Shown piece after piece: positions 39,101 through 51,100 of a stretch of 64,000 bases of DNA. Below the pieces are notes generated by a model. That model searched no databases and was not told where the DNA came from. It saw only the letters and a list, made by a program, of their open reading frames with translations. The stretch is from Gekko japonicus (lineage: Eukaryota): NCBI RefSeq assembly GCF_001447785.1, contig NW_015169777.1, positions 995,524-1,059,523 on the forward strand, read 5' to 3'. The stretch's first letter is position 1. Each line of letters starts with the position of its first letter. Made by a program: the position numbers and the translations under genes.

Positions 39101-42100
39101 AGAGCTGGTGTGCTATTTAGTGGATGTTAACATCAAATGGAGTCTGGGGAGATCCAAGTCCAAATCTCCACTCTACCATAAAGCTCACCGCATGGCCTTG
39201 GACAAGTCACTGTCTCTCAGCGTTGTGAAACTAAAAGAGAACAGGGTAAGAAACCATGTACATCACTCACATCCTTGAAGGAAAGATGGGAACACGCAGG
39301 CTTAGATCGATTCCCTTTCCACAAATGGAAGGGAAAGCATATTCACCAATTTCCCCTCCCCTTCCTCTGCAGACCTCCGACTCCCCCTTCATGCTGTTCT
39401 GGGGGGGGGGGTAACTGTAGAAGGAGAGCAAGTTGTGCTCTGAGAGTGGAAATCCTTTCCATCCTGCAAAGTGCTGGTGAAACTGAACTATAAACAGATC
39501 TGCTTGTGGCCTTTTCTGGAATCATCTGGTTAGACACTATGGAAAGCCAGGATGATCAATAAGATGGTCTGATCCAGCAGGACCCTTTTTGTTTACCATC
39601 TGTAACTATCAGCTTTGTACAGATGTGGCCTCTACCATGAGACAAGGTGAGGTAGCAGCCTCAAGCGGGAAATTTTGGCTGCAACAAGTGAGTGCAGACA
39701 AGGCACAATCTACCAGGAAGGTCTACACAAACCTATTCATATGAATGGAAAAATCACATGAGAACTAGCTATAAAAGTGTACCATGTGCAGTAGAAGCAA
39801 GCACATGTTTCCAGCCCTGTACCTCCTAAAGGTACCCAGCTAGGATTGGCCAAAGCTTCCTTCTGCTTGTAAACAAGCAAGGAATTGCCACCACGTAATA
39901 TGCAAAGGTGCCCTATGTGAGGATCATAAATGCAGGAAGCATCTTTCATCGGTCAAAAGTTATTTTAAAGAAGCCAGGCTCTGCAAACTTCTTACCAGCA
40001 GGAGGTGTCTGTAATGGTGTTCAGCTAGCTCCCGATGTTTAGCTGCTTCAGTACACAGTGACACATCCATTACATGGGTTAAAGAAAAAACCTGCATTTA
40101 CTTTTTTGGATCAGATAAATGCTGTATAGTTTATCACAGGCATTCATAACACGAGAGGCATCAAAATATAGCAGAATGCAAAACGTTAATAGGGAGGAAT
40201 CAACATGGGAATTATGGAAGTTTTAATTATTTTAAATCACTGCAGCTCAATTTTTACTTTTAATTTTATGAGGATGTGTCTGTTAAAAAAATTGCATGCA
40301 GCCCTGCATACGGAACAATCTATATACTAATAGTGAAGTCGCCCCCGTGCGTGCGGATACCTAAATCCGCGCATCGGGGGCACCTGGGGGGGAGGGAGAT
40401 TTTCGTGCACACTTGGGGCAGTCCCCAGGTGTGCACAAAAATCTGAAAACTGTAAAAAACTATAGGGGGATACTTAAATCCCCCCAAAACTACAACTACT
40501 TGCTCTGGGCATGCGCAGGGAACTCACTGAGGCGCGAGAACAGCGCGAGGGAAGCCCCCACAGCACTAACCCTCCCGGCTGCTCCTCCAACTTCCCTGCA
40601 CAGAGAACAGACTCACCCTTGGAAACTGTGGCGGGTTGTGCAAGGAAGCTCCGAGGACTTCGCCTCAGCACTGCTTCTGCCTGTTACCAGCCTCAATTGT
40701 TTGGAATTGTCAGCCTGGCTGCCCTTCGCCCGTTCCATCTTTCCCCTAGTGAGGGGTCGCCAGCCAGCTCTGGTCTCCTCCCACCCACTTGGCCCGNNNN
40801 NNNNNNNNNNNNNNNNNNNNNNNNNNNNNNNNNNNNNNNNNNNNNNNNNNNNNNNNNNNNNNNNNNNNNNNNNNNNNNNNNNNNNNNNNNNNNNNNNNNN
40901 NNNNNNNNNNNNNNNNNNNNNNNNNNNNNNNNNNNNNNNNNNNNNNNNNNNNNNNNNNNNNNNNNNNNNNNNNNNNNNNNNNNNNNNNNNNNNNNNNGTG
41001 GTGGAGGAGACGGGGAACCGAGGGGATCGGGGGGGAAGCTTATCTGCTTCTTCCTCCTCCACCTGCTCTGTGTGGAGCTTCCCCGCTCCTCCCCCCGCTA
41101 TTTTCACGGGTCCCCTTTCTTGTTATATATAAATATTCATCATTGAGTCTCAGAGGTTAATTATTATTCCCTAAAAATGCTGGCCCATGTTTTAATAATT
41201 CCTTCCATTAATCTGTATTTCCAACTGGGATCCTGTTGTACCTTTGTGGTGAAGCAGAACAGTTAAGCATGTGCTCCATCCATAATTCTCTGAAGATCTG
41301 CATCTGACCTACACCAGATTTCTTTGAAATGTGGTGTTGAAATGTGGAGTTGGAGGAGAGTTTTACAGATACTGTGGGCTGCCAAAAAGACAAATAAGGG
41401 GGTTCTAAATCAATCAAGCCTGAACCCTCCCTAGAAGCTAAATGACTAAACTGAGGCTATCATACCTCGGTCACATTACTGAGAAGACAAGAGTCACTGG
41501 AAAAGACAATAATGCTAGGAAAAATTGAAAGCAGCAGGAAAAGAGAAACACCCAACATGAGATGCATTGACTCGATCAAGGAAACCATGGCCCTCAGTTT
41601 GCAAGACCGGAGAATGGCTATTAATTATAGGACATTTTGGAGGACATTAATTCATAGGGTTGCCGACTTGACAGCACTTAACACATACAGTCCTTATAAA
41701 CTTTTGCACTTACTATGGTCAAGTCAAGAACCAGGACGCTGATTCAATTTCAGGTGGGTAACCTGTTGGCCTGCAGGAGAAGAGCAAGATTTGAGTCTCG
41801 TATAGTACCTTGAAGACCATCAAGATTTGCAGGGTATAAGATTTTGAGAGTCAAAGCTCCCTTCATCAGATACTGGTAGGAACAGCTCGTACTACTTGTA
41901 TCTACAAAGGGAGCTTTGACTCTTGAAAGCTTATACCCTGGAAATCTTGTTGGTCTTTAAGGTACTACGAGACTCAAAACTTTCTCTTATGCTGATCCAG
42001 TGGATCAGAAAACCAAGTAGTGAGACCCAGTTTTTGTTTCCATCCTGGAATCTGTAATGTGCCTGTTATAACACAAGAATGATCCTCCTGGTCGTTTTCT

Positions 42101-45100
42101 GCACACATAGTGCCGGATCCAACTCTTACTGTTCACTTTATCTCCCAAATCTCTGCAAAAGGACTATGAGAGAAAGGATACAGAATTTCCATTGCAAGAA
42201 GGCTCTTCTCAAGGCAATCCTGGCTGCCAGCTGAGCAATGCGTTCCTGATGTACGTGCAATTGCTGTTTGCGTTCCCAAGCCAGGTGCCATGACAAGAAA
42301 AACTGAAGGAGCATGCAGCTATGATGGTGTTGCAAAGCCAGCTCTGGAAAAAGACACACACAAATTGCCCCAACTACTATAATATCAGGATCCAGGTTTG
42401 GTATGCAAGCATAAGGCTGAGAGAGGTTTTGATATTAAGCAGAACTGAGGATGAAAGTAATGGCCGGTATTTATGCTATGGATCAAACTGTTTGGTTACC
42501 TGGTGAATTTTCCTTCTACTTGTTTGCCTGACAGTGGTCCAGACCCCACAGGGTTCTCACCTCTCTGCCCACAAGAAGGCAGCAGGTTGACTTTAAAGAA
42601 CAAACAAACTGGCTGGAGATAGACAAGGAGGCATCTACCTAACACTTAGCTACCAGTAAGACATGATTCATTAACCGTAAGACATTTATTCATAAATCTA
42701 TTCCTCAAGATGAGATCAGATTCACCATTGTGCATTTTCTCAATAGATTTTCTCTTAATCTAGCAACTCATTTTCTTTTGGATTTGTTTTGGATTTGCTT
42801 CTGAGTGCTGGTGGACTCTCTGCAACAGCATAGGGGGTGAAGAGTTAATCTGAGGTAGGAAATAGGAAATCAGTGGAAATAACGGCCCGCTTCTAAGAAA
42901 ATGTAAGGGCCCTTAAATCTTTGGAACCACCAGGCTGTTTCAGTCCCATAACCAGGCCTGAAACCAGATTGGAAAGGAGCCTGTGGAGCAAGTAGGAGGA
43001 GTAAGTCTCACCAAGATACCTTTGTTTCTTGACAGAGAATATCTAAAGCTAGATTCAAAGGAATGCTCTTATTGCCACATATAGGAATTTGTCCCTGGTC
43101 ACACAATGCTCATGTTTATAAGAGAATCAGGTTAGAGTCTATGATGAACACTTAAGGGAATAGGACTGTCCCAGTGGAACTGCTCCCACTGAAATTATCT
43201 ATGAAGGGTTTCCTTGATATGTATGCATGTTTTGCCCTCACAGATACCCAGCTGTGATTAGCTATTGAACCCTTTGTCTCATACAGCAGTAAATTCATTT
43301 CTTTGGGTAAATATTCAGTTGCATTCTATTTAACTCTTCCATAGAGACTTCTGTGTGGCCTGACAATTCCCACAGTCCTTTACAGTCAACTGTTCCAGAA
43401 TACTGCTCAGCAATTCCGGCACAAGCCATCTGTGCTTTCATTACCCAGGATCAAGACTATTTCACTCAAAACAGATACATTAGTATACTGCACTAGAAAT
43501 TAATCCCATTTTGTCACACACTTTTATTTTCAACTCACTGTGCTGATGCTTCTTCTCTCTTCGGAGACGCACATAGACATGCCAGGATTTCAAAGAATTC
43601 CCTATCTTCCTATGACGGTAATGCATCAGTGCCCTGACTTCCTTCTCTTTCATATTCTGTATATATGAACAGACCTCCTTCCACCGCAGCCAGGCCTGAT
43701 ATCAGAAGAACAGAGGATCAACAGGAAGAATGAATGGCCAGGAGCAAGGAAATGACAGGAAAGCAGAGCAAGGGAAAGCTTACACCAGACACAGAAGGGA
43801 AAAATGCAAAATGTCAGCCATACATTCTCCCCGTTGAAAGTTGTGTTCTATTACTCATCCCCACTAACTTAGGCAAAAGAGTTCTCGTTCATAGCAGTCT
43901 CTCCCTTCAGACTACTGCACTTTGTTCTTTCACACAACAGAACTCATCCAGTCATCTCGATTTTTATGTCATTCTTGTTTAAGGAAAAACAAAATCCAGA
44001 CCTCGCGTGTAATAAACTGAAACCAGATTAGAATCTCCATACTGAACAGAGAATGGAGGGATGGCCATCAGCCATGACAATTCTATGAAACCAAAAGTAG
44101 AGGTGATAAACCTTTGCAACAGAGTAACATGGCTACCCCTCTAGAGTACACCTTCAAGTAACAATTGCGAAGACAGATAACAAAGGCCAGCCCCTGACTT
44201 TGTGCATTCTGTGTAAGTTTACAGAGGCATTCAAATGGCCAATGTCTCAAATAAAATGGTATGATCCAACAAGCTTATGTTCTTAAAGAAGTGACACCTG
44301 TAATTACTAGTAGTAGCTGCTAAGTTCTGTATCATTTTATAACAACTGTATTAAGTATTTTAATCTAAAGCATGCAAAATTTAAAAGACTCATATTTCTG
44401 GCACTCACCCGAAACTGCAGACCCAGGGTCCATTGCTGTAGAGCTTGAGCATCCATTTCACAGCTAACTTGGACTTGGCACCATCTCCTTCTCCACAGTT
44501 TCCATGACATGCTGTTAAAAACAAGTTTTAGGACATTTAATTTTTTTTAACTTTGCAGTCTGCAGCAAGGAATTATAAAAGCAAGGAGTTCTGCAAACAG
44601 CTGCTGAAGACCTCATACCTAGGGATAGGCACAAACCAGCTCATGAACCAAAATCTGGGTTGAACTTGAGCCGGTTCGGAGCTCAGGAACTGATGTTCGA
44701 GGAAGACACCTTCCCCGAACATTTAGTGGACTTTTGGCCAGTTTGGTATGGCTGTTCGTGGCCAGCAATTTAAACTTGACAGCTGAGTGGCATGGGGACC
44801 CGCTGAGTGGCTGGCGGACCCACTCAGCTGTTAAGGGGTTTTTTGCATGTTTCTGAGTATATGTGCTTGCGAGCCTGTAAGTCATGGTGATGACCCATAG
44901 TGGGGCTAGGTCATTTCAGAGCGGTGGTTTACATTACCTGCCTGTGTGTCCTGGCCCTGGTATTCCTCGGATGCCACCCTTCCAAGTACTTGCCAGGGTC
45001 GGCCCTGCTTAGCTTCTGAGATCTGATGAGATTGGGCTTGTCTGGGCTATCCAGGTCAGGGCTCGGCTATGAAGTTTAAATGGCTGAGAGCCACTAAACC

Positions 45101-48100
45101 CCTCAGTTTCACTCCCCCCCTCGAAGCAAAGTCAAAGGGTTAAATGGCTCCCAGCCATTTAACCTTTCCTGGGTGATCCCCAGCCACTTTTTCCTGACCG
45201 TGATGAAGTCCTTTCCCGGGCAATCCCCCCTCCCTTTCTCCTGGCCCTGGCAAGCTGCAGCCAGGAGAAAGGTGGAAGAGAAGTCCCTTCCAGGATGATC
45301 CCCACCTCCCTTTTCCCAGCCATGGCTTCCCACAGCTGGGAGAAAGGGGCAACCAAACTCACTGGACCAGCTCAATTTGGGTGGGGGCCTTTTGGCTCGG
45401 TTCAGGGTTTGGTTTGTGGGCTGCCCCGAACTGAACCACCCTTTTCAGGTTCGTGCCCATCCATACTCATATCCACTCCTTACAACTGCCACAAGTTTTC
45501 TTGGCATCATATTCTACAACAAGACCTAAACAACTTGGCAGTCAAATAACTGAACAGGATACTTTGTTCATTCCAATAGTTTTCAAGGAAGTTTAATAGC
45601 TTGGTTCTTAGTTTAGAAGAAAATTTATTTCTGCCATATGTGACTTTTATCGGAACTGTGTTCAGGACGGGAAGCTATTTAAAAAACAGAAAGGAATGAA
45701 AAACAGGAACTTTGTCTAGATTACTGATTTGCAGAAATGCCTCTATCCTAGAATTCACCTCAATAATTCAATAATTGGGACTGCACTCTATCTGTGAGCT
45801 GGAACCCAGCTGCAAGGTTGTAGCTGGCAAAGAGGAAAGGTGCTAGGGGATGAGTCATCAAACCCCAAGCACATAGCACTTTAGGGTGAAGTAAATGGCT
45901 CTGGATTAGATTTACAATCTAATACCTCTGCTTGATCATTGCAACTAATGGGACAGAGACTGCTAAAGCAAAAAGGCTAGATGATATTTCTTCCTCTTGG
46001 ATCCAGAAGATGGTGAATAACCTGAGGGGGACAAACTCCCAAGGGGAGAATATAAATTCAAGGCATGAGGAAGACTCCATCTTGACCACATGTTGAGGGG
46101 AAATTAGAGAGAAAATTAGAACTCTGAAAATTAAGGTAATGATGGATTTTTAAATGCTGAAACTTCAAAAATAACTAACTCATAGCAGCAACAACATTGT
46201 TAGGAAAAGTATAGTTTAGGGTTGAAGAGGACTGTGTGTTTTCACTGTTTCTTTCCATTCTCGTTCAGCCTGATGCTTTACAGACCGTGTATACTCTTTT
46301 TGACTATGAATCTTTCTTATATTTTGAATGCTCAAAGCCTGATCTCTGTATACAAACCACACCTATTTGGTCCTGCTTTCCAAAGAGTAGCACAGGGGAG
46401 GGGCAGCAGTTGAGCTCACCATCATGAAAATGCAAAATATGCAATAGATTTATCTCACACTAGCCAGCACAAGAGAAGTAGGAGACATGGCAACTAAGCA
46501 GTCTTTAAATGGGAATGTAGTACGGAATTTTGGAAGTAATATCCCTTCCAGTGGCAGACAGTCTTTTGGATCTGTGGGTGGCAGTGGTTACTATCCAGAG
46601 AGAATTTGTTACTCCTGAGAGTAAGGGAAAAGTTCTATTCGCCAAGTGGTGATCCAGGATGGCCACGGGACTTTTCAGAGCTCCTAGACACACAGGAACA
46701 GGATTGCAAGACTGATCCCTCACAATTGGCTCTAAATCTGTTCTTACCGCAGGGTGCTCACTTCCTTGAATTTGAATGCTTCCAAATGCATCCTACGTTT
46801 CATGCGACGCATTTCCACATAGCTCAGCCAGTGACACCATGCTTGAAGTGTTTTCTTCTTTGCTGCTTTAAAAATCCAATTGATACAAGGTTTTAAAAAC
46901 ATGTACCAGTTTAAAAACCCATTATTTTAAAGAAATACTCAACTCCTTTACCCATTCAACCCACTGGGACAGGCTTAGAATGCGCTTCCAGGAAAAAAAA
47001 GTGTAGTGGGTCACCTAACTGATAGCTGCCAGAATTAATAACAGAAACTTCATATCAGCAAGATTGCTAGGGAAGCCTCATTATATGTGTGTTAAAAATG
47101 GAATAACTGGAGGTAACATTAGGGTCTGAAATTCTTTTGTAGTTTTAAAACTAATTACTGTCCTTATGTCTAATAGGCAAATGAAGCCATAGAAATTACT
47201 AGGTTACAGATTTCTTTTAAAAAACGATTTGAGGTTAAAAAAATCTTCCCAAAAATTAACAGAGATGCCTGCACATACATAGAGGTTTTTAAAACTGTGG
47301 GTATGAAGGACACTTATCAAAAGAATTTAACTTGGAAAAGGGGGTACAACAGGGATGTTTGCTGGGTCCTTCTTCTTTATTAATTTATATCTAAACGATT
47401 TAGCATCAGTCTTTGATGAATGCTGCCACCCACCAAACTGGCTGAGACTTGTGTCTCTGCCCTGCTTTATGCAGATTATGCTGTTATTTTGTCTTGAACT
47501 AGGGTTCATCTGCAAAATGCCTTGTAGTCTTTCTCCAGTTACTGTTTCCGAGAAACCTTGGTGATTAATTATCCAAAATCTAAGATCTTAGTTTTTAACA
47601 AGACCAGGAAATGGTCAGTCAACAGATCCAATATTGAGCAGGTTTAAGGCCTTCTCCTATTTGGGGATCTTATTCTCAGCAGATTTATCTTGGAACCCCC
47701 AACTCAGAACAGCGTTCAACAAAGCAAAACCATGTGCAAATGCTATAAATAGGTTTTTCCATAATGGGGGGAGGAGGTATCTTCCTAGAGCTCTACAAGT
47801 CTTCAGCGTGAAAGTGGTCCCCCTTATTCTTTATGGATCAGCTATTTGGATCAAAGCTATCTCTGATAATACTGATCAACCTCTGGTCCAGTTTTTAAGG
47901 AAAACACTGATTGTCCCCCAGAGCCAGTTTGGTGTAGTGGTTAGGTGTGCGGACTCTAACCTGGGAGAACTGGGTTTGATTCCCCACTCCTCCACTTGCA
48001 CCTGCTGGATGACCTTGAGCAAGCCATAGTTCTGGTCAGAGCTGTCCTTGAAAGAGCAGTTCTGGAAAGAGCTCTCTCAGCCCCACCTACCTCACAGGGT

Positions 48101-51100
48101 GTCTGTTGTGGGGAGGGGAAGGGAAAGGAGTTTGTAAGCTGCTCTGAGACTCCGAGTGAAGGGCAGGGTATAAATCCAATCTTCTTCTTTGTGTATCAAA
48201 TTATTATTGTTGTTGTTGTTATTAATTAGATTCTGAATAGCCCAAATGGGCTCTGGGTGATTTACAGCATTAAAACAGATAAAATACAATCAACATGATA
48301 AAATTATTACAACGCACTAATTAAACAACCAATCCAGTTGGCGATCAACCCCTTTTTTGTTATTCAACCAATAATAGAAAGGCAGNNNNNNNNNNNNNNN
48401 NNNNNNNNNNNNNNNNNNNNNNNNNNNNNNNNNNNNNNNNNNNNNNNNNNNNNNCAACACCAATATTGTATTGCGGGCAGAATTTGGACAAATATCCCTG
48501 GAAGCAAGAGCATGGTTCTCTGCCTTCAAACTGAGACTAAAATTGTTGTGTGCTAAAGATGGCTTACTAGCCACTCTGAAATAGGATACCCACAAACAAA
48601 GTTCTGGAGAAGAAACTGATGTTAGTTGGATTGCTAATCATATTTCTGATATGAGGTAATCCCATCTGAACACCATACAGCCACCCCAGGAAGGAGAGGT
48701 GAAGAGGGGGCAAACTGGAGCCCAATGAGGGAAGCCAAGGAAGTAGGAGCAAGCTGGAGACAGAAGAACTGAAAGCTGGGAATTCAGAAAACCTGCTACA
48801 TATACTGTTACAGCAATATAGCAATGCAATGATATTCTAGCAATTTTTTTAAAAAATGCAAAAGCCCTGGTGGTTCACCCCTGCATTTTGGTCTGTCTGG
48901 TCTACGGCCTAGTGGCCCCAGTTTTCTAACTACCATATGAAACTGCTGTGCCATCTGTCTTGTTTATAGGCTCAGAAGAAGGGTAGTGGTGGCCACTGCT
49001 GGGGGACTGGAGCGTGGAAACTGCAGAAAGTCCCATTGCTGCTGCACTTTAGATGCAGCCATACCAAAAGGGAAACCAGCCCTTCCCCGAGTGGACACCA
49101 CTTATTTTGTAACTAGTAGCACATCATGACACGGAAAGGGCAGAATATAAGCAGAAATTAATAAATAATAAAGAAATAAAATTCCCCTCAAAACCGTTAC
49201 CCACCCCCCATATGTACTATCTTACTATCCCATCATGAAAAAATGAAGAAATCTAAACAAGCATGACACAGAGACCTGGGATTTGGTTTAATAGGGTTTT
49301 AATTTTCTCCCCTATTTCTGGCTCATAAGGGAAGTGTTTTTTATTTTATTTATGCTGTGTAGAAGGATAACCTTCCAGAGACTTGGAGGTAATGCTGCAG
49401 TGCTATACTGCCCACAGCAGATAAGACAATATTGCCCACCTCATCACAGCTTCTCATCAAACTGAACTGATGAGTTTCACTTGCAAACTTATTTCTCTCC
49501 ATCTTCTATTGTTTCATGCATTCAAATGTTCTTTCTGCTCCTACCAATAATGTGATTATGAAGGAATGATCTCTAATATAGCATTGCTGATTTTTTGACA
49601 GAGGGAGAGCCAAGAAAGGGAGGAAGAGAAGATACAAAGTACAAAATGGACAAACATGAACAACTGCAGTCACATGCAATGCTCCCTCTACCGGCGTCGG
49701 GGAACGAGCCTCTGGGGCGGGGGTTTTTCCGCCCCCCGGGGGGACTTGGCAGCCCTATCTACAGGGGAGACTTCTGAATAGGCCTTATAGCCCTTGTGGC
49801 CTTAATAGGACTGACACATCTTTTCCTGTTTTGCTTGAATGTAGTTTTTTGAAAATACAAGGGATCATTATATTAAGCCTATAACTGATCACCCTGGAAA
49901 CACTGTCTCCTTTGCTTAGTGATAGGGATCCTAAGATCACTCTGTCAATAGCAAAATCCGTTTAAGTCCTTTTAGCCCTTGTGTCCAAAAAATGAGGAAT
50001 GAGAATCTTCTGCTGCTCAAAATTTGTTAATCAATGAGCTTCTAAGGGAATGAAAGGAAAGGAAAAAACATCTGAACACCATACAGCCACCCCAGGAAGG
50101 AGAGGTGAAGAGGGGGCAAACTGGAGCCCAATGAGGGAAGCCAAGGAAGTAGGAGCAAGCTGGAGACAGAAGAACTGAAAGCTGGGAATTCAGAAAACCT
50201 GCTACATATACTGTTACAGCAATATAGCAATGCAATGATATCTGCTTCCCGTCCAGAGGAGGTCCCTAGCCAGGCGAAACCTGACACTGGCATTAAAGTT
50301 GTGAGCGAGCGATTTGTCTACTGCATAAATTAGTTTGCTCTGGAGCCATCCTTCCTGAGCTAAGACAAAAATGTGTGAGCTGGAAGCTAAAAAAACTGTG
50401 AGCCAGCTCACACCAACTCAGCTTAGAGGGAACACTGGTCACATGTACTAGTCAGGCGTAGTTTCCGTTGGGGATTTGGATGTGCCATTCAAGCAATTAC
50501 CTATCTGGATGTGAGCATTACATTATCAGAAGAAGAAGTCATTATATAACAAGCACAGAACCAAAGCTTCTATAACAGTCCATGTACTTGCTCCACTTCT
50601 ACTCGCTTACCATGAGCCTCTGCAATACAGTATTTCTTTGTCTTCTCTCGCTGCTGGAGTAAGAAAGACTTCCAGGACCGAAAGACCAGATTGTACAGGA
50701 AATACCTGACCAACAGAAATGCTGTTTTGACACAGACCTTAATTCAATGTAGCAACAGATCATTCATTCTGAACTGCTTTGGAGAAATGTTTCTATATAT
50801 TAAAGCTTCTCATCACATAAACACCATACAGAATATTTGTTCAATCAGGAATAAAATGTAATTAAATGAGGCTTGCAGAGAGCCACTCACTGGGTTGCCT
50901 ATGGCGAGTAACATTCATCTATAGGTGATCAAGAAGTAAGTTTTACAAGAGCTTCCATGGCAGAACCTGGATCTCCCAGATCTTAACCAAGTGCCCTAAT
51001 CAATATACTTTTTAAGGTGCTGCAAGGCTATTTTTTGCTTAAGAAGAATGTGAACTTGGAATAAGTTGGAGAGAGTGAAAAAGAATGGTTGAAAATGCAT

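Larger units (their letters stand above)
40067..42181 (-). other. SFI1: U12-type (minor spliceosome) intron of SFI1, apparently GT-GG
   Basis: 5' site GTATCCTTT; branch site TTTCTTTAAC with the branch A at 40079, 12 nt before the homology-defined exon start; terminal dinucleotide GG. Confidence 0.8.

Noticed and set aside
40413-41160. Long ORFs spanning 40.4-41.1 kb and 61.4-62.2 kb
   Set aside because: Inflated by N-gaps and GC-rich sequence.
50253-50437. hAT MITE ending GCTTAGAGGGAACACTG
   Set aside because: Only one convincing TIR and no TSD, so it is not listed as a feature.
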